DNA from: Marsupella aquatica
Taxonomy: Eukaryota > Plantae > Marchantiophyta
Length of the DNA: 64,000 bases
Assembly: GCA_973895155.1 (NCBI GenBank)
Contig: OZ316893.1
Location: forward strand, 2,996,430-3,060,429
Direction of reading: 5' to 3'
Part shown: piece by piece, positions 1 through 14,180 of the stretch
Layout: every line of letters begins with the position of its first letter
How positions within the stretch are numbered: position 1 is the stretch's first letter
Notes under the pieces: generated by a model
Seen by the model: the letters and a program-made list of their open reading frames with translations, nothing else
Database searches by the model: none
What the model was told of the DNA's origin: nothing
Translations under genes and position numbers: made by a program

Positions 1-170
1 TGCACAAATGAAGGAGAATTAATACTCCGTATCATGCATCAAAGTCCGTGAAAATATTCCCTTTCAAGTGAGACACACATCATGGCGCAGGCAGGATGGT
101 TTGTGACAATGAGACCAGTTGATGAACGTTACATGGAATTCAACAATTCCACGCTGAACTTCATTCTCAC

Positions 171-1784
171 CTTCCCAGTAGACTCTCAGAATCATCTCCG
201 CCCCACGGAAACTGCAATTTGGCAATCGGACAAAGTCACATGTGAACACGAGTGTCATGGGAATCTTGTGCTCGTCAGCAAATTTTGATGAGAAACATGC
301 AACACCAAGATTCATCCAGAAAATTGCAACCGGTAGAGCCGTCTTCGTACATTTCTCAAAAGAGAAATGTTGCAAAGTTGAAAGCTTGCTCACCTTTTGC
401 CCATAAACCTCTGCAGTATACAAACAGCACACAGTGCATTAGCTCCAAACTGCGAGTTAACAGGTGTAGAAAACCAGCAGCAAGTGCATTCATTCATTTT
501 TCTGTGACTCTCTCAATGTTTTAGATACACTAACGTCATAGAAGGAAATAATCAAAAAAGTGCACTATGTCATTTGAAAAAATTGCGAATTCCGTGACTC
601 TTAAGACTGGCACGGAGTGAAAAGGCAATCTCAAAATAGAGCTCCAGAATAATCATGGCATAGGAAGTTGTCCCTGTTGACAGGATCTTGCAAATGGGCG
701 AGAACTTCGATAGAGTGCACGATCCCCTTGGTCTTCAAAATAAAATACGTTCACCCAAAGCTAATCATACACATCTCTAGAATGGTATCATCCCCAAAGG
801 ATCTGCCTGCACATAGACGGCTTCTAAAGGATGGAACGAGTAGCTGACACACACCTGCTGTATCAATGAAAGGAAGGCCGACGTCCACACTTGTATCAAA
901 AGCTGCCTTAGCTTCTTTGGCTTTCCTGTCTGCAAACCCGAACAAGAATACAACAGTCCTCTCTAAATTAAGAATGAACCAAAAGCCTAGAAATTTTCTT
1001 AATTGGAATTCAAAATGTCTCAGAGGTCACTCCTGCTACTTGCGCTACACTAATGCAAAATGGTTCTGTTGTTATAGTTCTTACTCATAGAACAGAAAGA
1101 ACGGATAAACAATCTAGAGACTAAATTCGTGAAAGCTATTTTCCTCGGACTAAATATCATCGCAATTGCCAGGAGAGACTACTACGTAAAACCGGATAAA
1201 CCCCTGATAGGAAAAGAAACTTAGATAAATAACGTACATCAATATCTTCTTACGGAAACGCATAAACTGCTTGTTTGCTTGGTCAAACCGAGAACTGGTT
1301 TCACAATACGGTACATGAATAAACTGACAATCGATTTAACCGTTCTCTGTTTTCTTTTCTTGTTCGAAATGGATTCTTAGCCTTTTCAGAAATCGAACTC
1401 AAACCCTTCCTCTAAGTATTTACTGATTTTCGAAGTCCAACTGTCCAGAAGCCAGTGATCAGGGCAAAGAAGTAGAGCAACGAGGCACTCACCATCCCAG
1501 CCGCCTTCATGCCAAAAAAAAGCATCTCCCCAAGACCAAGCCCCCACTCCAAGCTTAGGCACTCGCACATCAGTCTGTCCTAATGGCACGGTCTCAAGCT
1601 CTTGTTGTGACGGTGTCTCTACGGCTTGAGCTTTGCAGTCGACTTGCTTCCCCTCCCTTGCCACCAATTTCATCCTCATTCTAGTGACATTGCGCAGTCC
1701 TTGACCTCGAAGGCTTTCCAAACTACCGAGGGATGCAGCAGTCGTGCTAGGGTAGCAAGACAGTGATGGGCTTAGACAAGCCAT
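171..1784 (-). CDS. Aldo-keto reductase, plastid-targeted type (pyridoxal reductase/At1g06690-like); 5' part only, continues beyond window start
   Basis: Exons 1784-1493, 929-855, 410-394 and 211-171 have GT-AG borders and join in frame to a Ser-rich transit-like N-terminus + LGQTDVRVPKLGVGAWSWGD...[36 protein letters not shown], containing the AKR motifs LGxGxW and DTAEVYG. Confidence 0.85.
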
Positions 1785-2750
1785 CTGCCTCCGTTTGACC
1801 GATCTCTTATCCCTGTGAATCAAAGCAGAGCAGCGCGGTAGACACTGAACACGGCTCAGAATAACTTCATTCTTACTCCACATACAAGATCAATGGCACA
1901 AGGACCCATCTCTAAAAGTCGGGCCCCATAAGTGTTGGACAAAGCATAAAAGGCATAACGCCGGGAGTTGAAATTGGCCAAGGAAGAACAATTATTCACG
2001 CTAAGAAAATACAGCAAAGCAAATTTGGACACGAACTGCATCGAATTAATCATCAGCAAATGAATTCAAGCGGAAATCCTAGCTGGGCCCGGAATTCAAG
2101 TCGAGTGTGAGCTCGAAAAGTCCTACACGGCCGGTGATGAATTGTGCCTGCGTGAGTCGATAATCGAATCTAGAAGCATACTACCATCGAAGGAGAGATA
2201 AGGAGCAACGAGTACTCCGATGAACTCCGTAACAACAAAAGGTATAGATGAGCAGGAAACAGTAGAAATCAATCTCCACAGAGAGAAACGAATGTCCGTT
2301 GTGTATTTGGCAATGAGACAGAAGACGAGCGTGCATATTAAAAAAGTTGTCTCACCAAAACAAGATATCTACTGGATCGTTTTGCAGTCCTTTGATTTGG
2401 TTGGGAAAACTTAGAGGGGTGAACATGTGAAATTCAGAGTTATCTTGGCCCTTTTCGCACACCATAAAGTAGACTACTGATAAATGAATCCTCCAGTCGG
2501 CAAATGGGCGTTCTCACGCCAGCCTAACAGGCAAATGCATTGGAATTTCAAAGTTCACGAAGCCAAGAGAAATGATGAAAAAGGCAGAAACCCACAGACA
2601 CCATCAGAAAACAGAGACAAAAGAGGCAACAACACAGCAAACAGATCGTACAGAAAGCCCACCTCTGAAACAACTCTGGAAAACGCTGAACCTCTCAGAT
2701 TCAACAAACCAATCTCCGAACGATGGATTGATTGATTTGCACGCTGTCAA

Positions 2751-2897
2751 GCAGTTCAAATTCTTTGCAACTACTGCTGTACCAGAGTGTGCGAGTGATT
2801 GCTGCATGAAAGAGGAGATGATTGCAGTTCACTTTCTTTGCAATTACTGCTGTGCCAGAGTGTGCCGGTGATTGATGCATGAACGAGGAGATGATTC
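2751..2897. repeat. Two diverged tandem copies of a ~73-bp unit
   Basis: gcagttca..ttctttgcaa.tactgctgt.ccagagtgtgc..gtgattg.tgcatgaa.gaggagatgatt occurs twice head-to-tail. Confidence 0.8.
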
Positions 2898-3295
2898 TTA
2901 TAAATGAAATGGAAATGGATGGATCGTTCATCGTTAGAGAGAGGGAGATTGTGGCCACTTGGCTCACTGGGTTTTGATGAGCGTGGCCGCTTGGAGTCCA
3001 AGCTACACGAGGCAAACAGACAGACACGGGCGGAACCTGTCGTTTCACGAGATCATTGGCCTGAGGCTTCTTCTGGCGCTGTGTGTGACTGTGTTTGGCC
3101 CAGAGAGGCTCAATCTCCACCGATCATGTTCACCAATTCAATGTGCTATCGTTTGAGGATCTTTGGACTTAGGAATGGGAAAATCTACAAACGAGGTAGT
3201 TTCTGAAATCAAACTTTTTTACTGTAATGATATTGATATGGATTGGAAACCAAAAATTATTATTTTCATTAGTTGTCAATCCTATCCAAGCTTGA

Positions 3296-3565
3296 TTGTT
3301 TGGTTTGGGCTGCGGGTGGTTTAGTAGAGCTTTAGTTCTTTTGCCCTTGTTCTGGGGACTCTCTGGCTGCTCTTTGCTGTTGGGCTTTTTGGCACTTTGG
3401 TATTCCTGGCCATTTTACTCTCCCCTCTTAAATTTCTCTTTGGCTTTTTGGCACTTTGGTGTTCCCGGGCCCTTCTTTTGTTCTCCACCTTTTATTGGGC
3501 TTCTTGTCCTTGGGATCCTGTATCCAGGTATGGTGCTTTTGATGTTTGACCGTGTTTTATATAGA
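3296..3565 (+). mobile_element. 3'-end fragment of a non-LTR retroelement related to the insertion at 59465-60161
   Basis: T/G-rich block with ttttattgggcttcttgtccttgggatcctgtatcc, matching the minus-strand 3' UTR of the 59.5-kb element (ttgattgggttttttggcctgtgggatcctgtctccc); no clear TSD. Confidence 0.5.
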
Positions 3566-5555
3566 TAGAGGTCACACTTAGGACACAGACTGTACATTTG
3601 TTTAGTGATAACTACAAAAGAAATACATTCCATGAAAACAGGAAGGGGAGAACACACAAGAGGCCCATTTTGCATTCATTTCTTTTTTTGGGTGAGGAAA
3701 AGGGCCCAGCAGAGTATATCAAAGCACTCGCTGAATTACGTAGAGAAGTCATTGTTAGGTTATAACTGTCTGCTAGGCGACCAACAAATTTTGTATGAAA
3801 ATGATTCATTTTGAGCAATATGGGCTCAAATTCTGTCACAACATAAAATGGAAGTTAAATATTCCACCGTTTTTCCAACATCCAAATGCTACAATACAAA
3901 TACAATTGAATTAGCAATTTATGTTCATTGTGGTGAACTCTCTCTCAAACCCTCTCTGCATCTTGAAAAGACTTTACTTTCTAAGTGCATACTAGAAAGT
4001 GGAACTTCTGCCATCGTGGAGCTTGCTCTTTTGTTGTCAACAATGCATCTTGTGTGCTTACTTATTTCATGTGTCTGTTGACAACCCTCTACTCTCTCTC
4101 GTGGTTTACTAAAGTACAGTTGTTGCCATGGATGGATCTCTATGATACAGCAAAAAACACCTATAGCATGGCTGCCTACATGCTGTCTCGCATCTGTAAT
4201 CTGGTGGTTTTTGCAAAAATGTACCTCCCAGACTACTTGTAAAGTATAATTGATTTGCCATTGCAAATTAGGTTGATATGTGCAATCTTCACCTACTACT
4301 AGGTTTGTAGTAAACCAAAGAGTACTTGCATAACTGATGACCTTCCCAAGTCATAATAAAGCTATAAGAGTTTTGACAATTTAAACAAACTAAGAAAATT
4401 CCATTTTCAACCAAGGTTAACTAATATACACCAATAGCAACAGAAAGTGTAGAAGCTTTAGGACTTGTCCACTGTTATGCTTGTACGTATGAAGACTAGT
4501 TCTAAAGCAACTACTTAACCTACCATGAACTTTTGTTAAATACAACGAAAGCTCAAATTATTTCTTTTGAGTGGGGTGACAAAGTGGATATAACAGACCA
4601 TAGTAGGTACTTTCCCTAGTTTTTGTGTAGTTCAAGTCTGCTTTCTTACCGTCATAGGCCAAACCTCCTTCTTTGGTTTGCAAACCAAAGAAGGGAGTGG
4701 GTCATGACCCTTCTTCATGGTGAGTTTAAGTGCAAGAGCTTGTTCCTTTGTCAGAAAAGGGGTAGCTTTTATGGACATAACAAATTATAAATTAAGTGCT
4801 GAGGTAATATGTTGCATATTTGCATGTAAAGGAATCATGCAAATTACTCCATTGAGGTGAGAAATTAGGTTGGTGCCAATAATAAGCTGCACTCAGATTT
4901 AGCATGCATAGTGTACCATAAAATTGCTTCCAGGTTCAATTGGATTTTGAATTGAGCAAGAAGAACCCATGCACGGGACCGCTCATACCATCTTCCAGTC
5001 AAACAACAAGCAATATTTGGAAATGATGATCCCACCGTAGGAAGGCATTGAAGACCTCCATTTTTTTTATCTATGTGGATTGCATGGAAAAACACTACTA
5101 TGAGAAATCAATGACAAATTATCCAGAAAATTAAGCAACATATTTGGATGCCTACCGTATGTACAAACATATGCCCAACTTGTATAAATGTACAAGACAA
5201 TGAAAAGAGTTTTTGTCAAGAGGTCACCTGGCTTTTTTCTCAGCCATATTTGCATATCACCATCTCATCATATATAGGATTGAAGTTAGAAACATACATG
5301 GAATGACAAGTCTTCATGATTGAGAATGAGCTTTAATATCCCATATGCATGTTTATATAAATGCCTACCGTGCAAAAAATATTGACTTCTCTAGCCAAAC
5401 TTCATAACTTCAAATCTTCTGTAGCATAGCATTTATCATGAAAGATTTCTGAAACTATCCAAACTTTTTTGCAGATTGATTTTGTAACAACAAATCTACA
5501 CTAGGATTATGGAAACAATCACAACTTGTTATTTTTGACATACTGAAATGGTTTG

Positions 5556-6674
5556 TCACAATTCACGTCTTCCCAACCAATCTATTGACAATCCATGGCC
5601 TAGAGATTTCCAAAGACGAGATTGAAATGATTCTTCAACTTTCTTTTCTACAAAGACAAGCGATTCTCCCAACCTATGGACTTCTTCTACTCTCGTCTCC
5701 TTAAACACTGCCTGACCAACTTCAGCTGATGAGGAATTAAGTGTTATGACCTTTGGGTTTGGAACTGCTTCTATGGGAGTAGCAGCACCAAGCTCTAGTT
5801 TGGAAAATCTAATTGTCCCTAAGATTTTCTCTGGAAGTTCTTCTTTGGTCCTTCCTTCAATGAGAAATGCTAGATCTACAGTAAGAGTTTTGACATAATT
5901 TATTGCTAGATGCACTATGGCAGTTGCCACAATAGACGACCCAAGGTCAACATCCACCTCCATAAAATTTTCTTCTTGAATATATCTACATGTTAAAGAT
6001 CTCCCAAGCAAACAAATTGCATGATCTCCAACAGCAGACTTGACTGCCCAAGGGCCTTTCACAATGCTGGCTATAAGTTTCAATCGAGAATTTTTGAATT
6101 CATCATTGCCTTTGATGAATCTGTCAATCAAAGAACCCTCGCAGTAGGGGGCAGTGGATATGTAATATGCAATCAGACTGTAATGCTCACTACTTGGAAC
6201 TTGGACATTAAAAGCCCAAATTACTTGGTGTTTTGTGAGGCAACCCTTACTGATAGCCTTGGCAATTCGATTTTGGGAATCCCTTAGTACTGCATCAATT
6301 CTACCATTGCTACTCTTGATCCAATCAAAAGCAAGAGGTTGAAGCATTGTCTCTCCTCCAGGGATTTTCATTTTACTTGTCAAGTAGTCTTCCCCTCTAA
6401 CTTGGAAGAAATGTCCAGGAGGAGATGACCATCCTGAAGCAGAATCATCATCTACATCCAATTTATGTATGAAGCCTCCATCTTGGGCGGCTCTCAACCA
6501 TGATAATGACTCTGATACTGAAGCTTGCTCCTCGGCCTGATCGGAATTTTCACAAGCAGAATCTTGGATGATATTTTCACGAGCTGAACCTTGATCAACT
6601 ACACCTTCACAGGCTAATTGTTGATTGCAATCTTCATGTGATGCTTCCTCCTCTTCTAGATCCTCGGCCACCAT
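5556..6674 (-). CDS. DUF1336 / ENHANCED DISEASE RESISTANCE 2 C-terminal domain protein
   Basis: Intact ORF from the first ATG (MVAEDL); motifs GWSSPPGHFFQVRGEDYL..KMKIP, FNVQVP, NSRLKLIASIVKGPWAVK, EVDVDLGSS, VDLAFLIEG..EELPEKILG; acidic N-terminal region; an upstream exon is possible. Confidence 0.9.
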   Translation of the reverse strand: MVAEDLEEEEASHEDCNQQLACEGVVDQGSARENIIQDSACENSDQAEEQASVSESLSWLRAAQDGGFIHKLDVDDDSASGWSSPPGHFFQVRGEDYLTSKMKIPGGETMLQPLAFDWIKSSNGRIDAVLRDSQNRIAKAISKGCLTKHQVIWAFNVQVPSSEHYSLIAYYISTAPYCEGSLIDRFIKGNDEFKNSRLKLIASIVKGPWAVKSAVGDHAICLLGRSLTCRYIQEENFMEVDVDLGSSIVATAIVHLAINYVKTLTVDLAFLIEGRTKEELPEKILGTIRFSKLELGAATPIEAVPNPKVITLNSSSAEVGQAVFKETRVEEVHRLGESLVFVEKKVEESFQSRLWKSLGHGLSIDWLGRREL

Positions 6675-9109
6675 GGCTGAGTTTTGCTTCTTTCCACACC
6701 AGCCACAAAGTGCAAGGAATCCCACCTTGATTAAATGTGGAATTCAAGTGTTTGCTTGTCACCAAGCTTATCACTGGATATTAGTTTAGTCTTCTTCAAA
6801 GTAGAGGCTCTTGTCCAATAGATTTATTAACAAGAAGGTGACACCTAACAACAAAGTCTATATGTGCACTCAGAAATATCTTTCAACTGAGTGTGCATGT
6901 ACATACTTTGCCTTCATAAAGGTCTCATAGTACACTAAACTACTTGCAGTTTTGAAAATTATCCCTTTGAAAATTTATCTTCTTCACCAAAATGAAGGAT
7001 CATTATACATAATATCAACCATCTTGTATTCTTGTTCCTTGAGATCTCTGTATACAATATGTTGAATTTGAAAGTGATCAAATTATTCATTAACTTGTCC
7101 CTGTAACAAATTAAACAAGCATGATTCTCATTAGAACAATGGGGATGGAGTACATGATGGCTGTCGTTTTGGCAATGGATTGATTTCAGAACTACAAGAA
7201 TTGCAATTAAAATTACCAGAGTAATGTATGATAAGAAACACAGTATAATTATTGATTTTGGGCAAATCACTGCATGCCCATTATTATGTAGCAAGCTCAA
7301 CAAGACTTGAACCTTCACATCCTTTCCTTTATTAAGATTCAGCTGTAGGAGAAAAGAGAATTTTATAACCAAATTAGCTAGCTAGAGCTCTACCATACTT
7401 TGGTATTCATTTAATTTCTACATGGTCCAACGGAAAGACAAGCTTAAATTGAGATGAAATCAAACGACGGGGTTTAATAAAAAAATTAGCTGCTATAGTC
7501 CTGAAGGCTTACTGCTCTGTGCATTAGCAAGATCTTAATTGATTTGTGAAATTTTGCTTCATCAGTTTCCATGGCTTTGTTTTGATCCAATCCTCTCCTT
7601 GACCAACTTTAACAATCTAGCTTCTAGGCATCTTCAACATGATCTTGGCCTGCCTTCTTTCTACAAGCAGGTTATGCTAGCATGATGCTCACTTGAATGT
7701 GGTAGCACGCACCTTTCTAGCATTAAATAATGGTGATTTCAGAAGATCCAATGCCTCATAAGATAGTAAGCAGCAAGATAGTCATTGATTCCCATATTTC
7801 TAAAATGATCCAAGTTCTTTCAATTGTTAGTCATCCTGTCTAAGAAAGGGACAATGAAGATAATAGCTACAAGCAAGACAATATTATAATGATGCAAAGC
7901 ATCCTTGTTTGTAGTATTCATGCCATTATCCTCAGAACCAAAGACTCTTAAAAGTGTTGCTTCTCATATGTCAATACAATGGGATCAGAGGAAGGAGATA
8001 TGGATAGATGGTTCCAATACAGGATTCAAAACTGATGTGCTTTACTGAACAAGAATCTTTGTACACTGAATAGTAATAGTGTCTCATCAATAATCTTGAA
8101 CTCTGTTTCATTGAATTGCATAGCTCACTAACCGCAAATCTATAAAAAGGAACACTAATATGAAATAGATTAAATTTTCAACTAAATTGCCCTTCACCGA
8201 TCTGAAAGGGAGGAACTCAAAAGGTGAGATTTGGCTAGGTTTTAGAGCAGGACTAGAAAACCACACACAAGTGACAAATTTCATGAGCTGATGAACTCAT
8301 TGTGGTAGATTTTTGTTATTGTTTTACCCTTAGTTCTTTTCACACTTGAACCAATCCTATCAATCTTAACTTGTCATTTATATACATATAGTTTTGCAAT
8401 TCAAATGCATCATGCTTAACTTTAAAGAACCCGCGCCTCTTTTAAAGAACCTGCACCTCTTGTACAGGTCCTAGACTTTCATACTTTCCAAATTGTTTGA
8501 AAGTCAAGGTGTCTAGTTCATGCAATGTTCATCTTCACAATGAGTGTTTGAAATAGATTTGATCACGTTAGAGAATCACCTCCAATGTTTCCAGTTCTCT
8601 CGAGTTGACTGGGGGGGGGGGGGGAGGGAGGGAGAGCTCTGCCCTCAATGCACCCGCCTATGCATCAATGGCTGAGCTTTATCCAAAGGGACTCATGTTT
8701 AGCAAACTCTTACTCTGCTTTTAGATTCATTAGCCCGGTTTTTTATCAATAAATGTTTAATTGAAAACTGGTGTTTTGGGAAGTTGAAGCCCATATGGAC
8801 CTTGCCCTTGAACTATGCAATTCTGAATAACCTTGCCCACTTAACACTCATAAGGACAAGAATATGGTGTCAAAGATTGACTGCCTAACCAAGTTGAGGA
8901 TGTCTTGAAACCTGTCTTGCTTTTGGAGTTTCCAAATGTGATTGGAATGAAGGGGATTGTGGATTGCTGGAAAGCTCATTCAATGGCCTTCCTAAGTAGC
9001 TAAAGTAAGTGTTGAGAAGTCAAGTGGCTGTGACAATGTCCAGCTCAAAATATGAGCCATTGGTTAGATTTTGATTGACACATTAGTTTTTAGTCTTTAG
9101 TGAAAAACA

Positions 9110-9630
9110 TATTATATTTGCAATACAGTTAATAGCTGCCTATACTAAACATTCTTGGAGGCCTCATTCCACGGGGTTCTCATATCACGCACACTTCTTT
9201 GGTTATTTTTGGACCCCTCCTTTATGGAGTATTCTAGGAATATTTGTAGATTCAGTTTAAAAACCCTATGATTCTTGCATTTTTCAAAACAACTTTTAAT
9301 AACTTTGCCACTAAAGATGTTCTAATTGACAATATTGTCACTGTTTTTTGGATATTTATAAAAATGCCACGGTATTGTATATGGATGACAAGTTTACCAA
9401 GGTAACCAGGGGAACTATATATGGAAACTGTGACATTTTTGTTAATACAAAAAAAAATAGTGGCAGTATTCATTTTAAATTCAAACATCTTTAGTGACAA
9501 TGTCTTTAAAAGTTGATTATCAAAATTGGATTAAAAAACCCCTAATGTTCTTCCACACAAATTTAGAAGTCTACCACTAATCCCCCCATATCACTATACT
9601 CAAGGGTAAAAACAAATAAAATGAGGTCCG
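9110..9630 (-). repeat. Degenerate dispersed repeat related to the interior of the element at 45397-46759
   Basis: caaaattggattaaaaaacccctaatgttcttc and aaaaaccctatgattctt are reverse complements of motifs at 45555-45620; a further related fragment lies at ~16910-16995. Confidence 0.5.
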
Positions 9631-10834
9631 TGAGTTAACATTCAGATGCAATCCATCCTAGTTTTAAAAGTGCATCCAAGCATGTCAACAGGTGAGCAGA
9701 CCTTGAAGTCCATCCCGCATCCAAACATCATTTTGCCTCACTTAAGACAGCCCTTGAGGGCAATCTGCATGAATTGTGGGAGTAAGTGTTATCTTGACGT
9801 TTCACTCAAAATAAAACATGTGTACAAAGGCCAAAAAACAAAAAATGCACACAAAGACTCAAGAAACATACGTATGATCAGGGAAGACAGGAAAAAAAAG
9901 AAAAGCAAAGAAATAAGCTTTACTCAGTCTAACACAAAAATTTAGATTGTTTGCTCAATTAAAGTGAGTGCATGCAAATGGCAGGAGGGTATTTTCATTG
10001 GCGCTTTGTTTTCGTTTTCTTTGGTAATGTTATGTATAGAGTAAAAGCAGGGGTATCAGCCGAGCGTTGGGACTTTGCTATGGGCCAAGCAGAGCAGGGG
10101 TTGTGACTATGTCATCAATTGGACTCTGTTAGCATTTGGTTTGGTGTTGGAGATGGCCGCGAATTCAGCTGCTCGTCGGTGTTGTTTTGGGATCCGTTGC
10201 TGCTCGGCAGACGGCTGCAACGCAGGTGTGGATCTCGATCGGAGGCCGTAACGAGCGGGCTTTGAGAGATTCGAGGACTGTCCGGTGCCGTTCCCCACTT
10301 TTTCCTATTTCAGCAGCTGGGTTTCCGGTATCTGGAATGTATGGCGTTGTCATCTGTGTGAGTCTAGGGTTTTTGCGACCAGAGATTTCTTTGTTGCTGC
10401 CTGTCTGCCATGGTGGGTCGTGCGTACTGTTTCATCGAAATTGGTTTTCCGATTGGTTTTTGTAAAACTGTGAACAGTGGTGTCCTTGCTGTAGAAATTA
10501 TGACAAGCTTCAGAGGTAGAACTGAGGTCCAGTCGATTTCTCTCGAGATTGTGATGGAGTAGAATGAGGACTGCTTCATGTGAGAATTGACTTTCGGAAA
10601 GCCAACGGTTGCACAGCAAATTATTTTCTTTCCATGGTTTCCCCAAAAGTGAATGCAATAATTGTGACGTTGGGTTATGTATCCATTTGTCTCGGCCCAA
10701 TAACCATGGCACCCTCTGATTCTATGGTCATCCGGTACTTGTCGCTGCGGACAGGCAGACAAACGGAAGAAAGGAAGGAAGGAAGGAACTAGGAGATGAA
10801 GACAGTGCCGGGGAAGAATGTGAAGCAGGATGAC

Positions 10835-13800
10835 ATGGCGGGAGACTGGGAACAGGAGAGGCTGGAGGCCAATTCTCTGCTCCGATCTCTCTACGACTCT
10901 CACTCCGACGACGAAAAGCACCGAAAGTAAGCCTTTCTAGTTTAGGGTTCAGGGTTTAGGATGTACGGAACGGAGAGTGAAAGATGTAGTAGGATTTCAT
11001 GTCAATGGACAGAATAACTTAGTCATATCTGAGGTGGATAGGAAGTCATCACTCAAGGGTTTAGGGTTTAGTCGTCCAACAATAACAAAAGATTGGAGAG
11101 ACTGCAAAAGGATTACTGTGGGGGACAAGCAGCTTCCCAAAATATTGATCAACAGGAGCAGACGAAAGATACTTGTGTTGGAACTTCTCAGCAAACAAAG
11201 TTTTATTCTGAAATTCAGTTGTGCAAATCTCTTGGCTATTCTGACCAGGGGCTTGGAGTTGCCGTATTTAGACTGTTGCGACAGAGTCAGATTCATAGCT
11301 TGTGGCCTCCCACAGAGAGCAATATAGTCAATGGTGTGCACTAAGACCCACGAGCTCATGACCATGTAACGAAGAGATACTGATTTAGTCATTGATTGGA
11401 TATAGGTGGTTGTTGAGAAGATGGCCTGAGTGGCGCGGAGAGGGACCTAGTGATTCCTTGCCAGATCCAGAAAGGTATTCTTAACCTCTTCCCTTGTTTA
11501 AAAGGTTACACAGGTAGCCTACCGAGCTGTTCAATCAAACGTCTACGATTCTATTCCTCCCGGCTCTTGCTGTCATTTTGGTATCCTTGTTTACCTTGAG
11601 GGGGTTATTTTCCAGGTTCATGCCAGAGTGCTACCTCCGTGACGGTGAGGTCGATGTAAGGTTTTTCTCTCCCCCATTCTTTTTCCCTGCAATCGTGCAG
11701 TTCCTGCAATCGTTCGATCTTCTGAAACTAAGGGCATGGTCAGATTGTCACTGAGGGTAAACACCATTCATTGCCTAAATTTCCCTCCACTACAATGAGT
11801 CAACTGTTGTGAGTTACAAGGATACCCTTTCAGGTTATTATGAGTTTAATCTAATGAAGAGTTTGTTGAATGCTACAGCGAGTCCTTACAGTCAATCAAA
11901 AATCTTGTAAAGGAAGGTTTCGGTCTCCTTCAAGGGGAGGACGATGAAGATGGACAACTAGATGTTCCAGGAATGGTGGCAAAGCTTTCCGACATAGGTG
12001 TTGTGGAATCTATTCCTCTCCTGCTTCCGAAGTTGCAAAGAAAATCTTTACAATCCATTCTGTCTACCCTCTCAGAGAGGAGAAGAGAGGCGAGGAATCG
12101 TCAATGGTTGACTGAAAGGATCAAGAAGGACTGGATGACTTTTGCTTGTCATTCTGAGGATGGTGCTTCAACAGAAATGTTGCGGAAAATACTGGCAGTG
12201 GTCCGGGACCCACACTCTTTCCGCCAAGAAACACTTCCTGGGCAATTATCTCTGGAGGCATCTTGTCCATTTACTGCCGCCCAGTCTGCCCTGACCCTGC
12301 CCCAACTAGAGCAGCTTCCTCTTTCTTGCCTACATGTGATGTTAGAAGTCCTTCTGGAGAAGCCACCAGATCCGGTGGTCGGAAAGTTACCCGCCGGTGG
12401 TAACAAGGAACGGATAGTTAGTGCCTTATTGGACAAAGTTGGATATCTCTTATCTTATGACCAAGCAGGTGAGGATCTACCTGATGCACTAAGGAAATCG
12501 CTAGTGGTCATGAGTGTTTCTGCTAGATATGCATTTGGGTGTGATGGAAACCTCTTAGATTTCTTGTCAGTACCTTTAGAGACGCAACTTCTGCAAGACA
12601 ATCTCCTGTCTGCCCTCTGTTCTCTGAAAAAGTTGAATTATAAAAATTTGCAATTTGTGCACAAGGAGCTGATTGGAAAACCTAAACTATATAGAAAGAA
12701 ACATCCTAGTAATTTGAGGCCTCCTGTAAGGAGAGTACTTCTTGATTATCTGCTTAGGAGTGAGGTTAGGTCTGTGCCAGAGAACGTCAAGGCTGTTGCT
12801 GTGACAATCAGAACTTTAGCGGCAGAACAGTTAGATGGCAATGAACAGCCTGTATCAGATTCTAGATGTAAAGAACCTCTTGGAGATGATGCCAGAATTG
12901 AGTTGGAGGTTGAGTCGGCTCTTCGAATCAGCAGTCACTTGCTCCAGATGATGTATAACTGGAAAGAGGTTCTCTTTGAAAGAATTTCTCAAGAAGAATG
13001 CCAGAGAACATTCCTAAGGTCCAATGTTGAGAGTTCTAGAGCATTTCATGGGAGTGGGGCATCAGATATATCTGAGCCCACCACACCCAGAATGTCTTCA
13101 GGTAATGGACTTAAATCTAGCACAGATGTCGTACAAGTAGGGGAAAAAAGCTTAGCACCACACAAGACAGATGGAGGTAATGAAGTCACCAGAACTCCAC
13201 TTCACAGTGATTCTTTTGATGAAAATGCTCAAGCTGCTCAAACAGAATGGGCGAGCACTACAGTATCCAACAGACCACACGATTTTGAAGGTGTAGAGAT
13301 TGATGGAGATCCAGCTCAAGCAACGGAACACATTCACTTGACCAAGATAGCTGATGAAGCTGCAGAGGTTGGGTATGCTTTAGTCGGTTGTGCCATGGAG
13401 AGAACTGCGAGATCTGCTGGTGTCTCATTGAAGCGGCCAGTACGAAAGTATTTGCGCAGTGGGACGATTAAGAAAGTACGTACTGGTGCAGGTATGTAAA
13501 GAACCTCTACTTCGCTGCCCTTGAGTTTAGCTTTGCTGGTACGATGCAATTTACACTTGTCTGATTCGGCATCTGCAAGATTGTTACAATTGGAATCAAC
13601 TTCTTACGTCCATGAAGAGTGTTTCTACAAGGGACAATGATTTGTGTTTTCATCAATGATTGAACATGAGTTTATGACTGACAGGGGAGGGCATGAATGT
13701 CGAACAGCACCAGCTTGCCATAATTTTGAAGATAGCAGAAAAGATACCAGCGATTTCTCCGAGGTGGGTTCACCCAGTGATTGTAGTAGGTTGGTTCTGT

Positions 13801-14180
13801 CTGTATTGCTGTATCTTAGCTTGTGATATTAGTGACTTCAGTTCTTTGTGTCACGGTTTGTCTAACCAAGTTACATTTGGAACTTTCAAGTCCTTCTGTT
13901 AGAGTTATGTCTAAAGTAACAGTAGTAGTTGGAACTACATTCCATCATTGCCTTTGTCTCTGGTGAAGTAGATCTTAGTGGCTTGAGTTTATCCTGTGAT
14001 AAGTCTGCGATTGTTCTCTGGTTAGCATTGATTTCAGCACCTTCAGTTCTTACTGTCAGTCATGTCCTCGGTTGTCGTCACGCACAATCTGCGATTTGCC
14101 AAACCTTGGGAACTAACGCGGGCTTTTCTGCTATCTACAGGGTCATGGACAATGTGAAGAGGCGTTTGGGAATGGGATGA
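10835..14180 (+). CDS. Uncharacterised plant protein (~640 aa, 6 exons), likely helical and Leu-rich
   Basis: Proposed exons 10835-10926, 11406-11474, 11616-11655, 11892-13491, 13685-13763 and 14141-14180 have GT-AG borders and keep phase (MAGDWEQERLE...KWLLRRWPEW...VMDNVKRRLGMG*); includes the 508-aa ORF. Confidence 0.7.

Noticed and set aside
6959-8100. Possible degenerate coding or transposon remnant
   Set aside because: Multiple stops and no motif I could identify
8611-8636. Poly-G / G-quadruplex-capable run
   Set aside because: Isolated homopolymer with no supporting context
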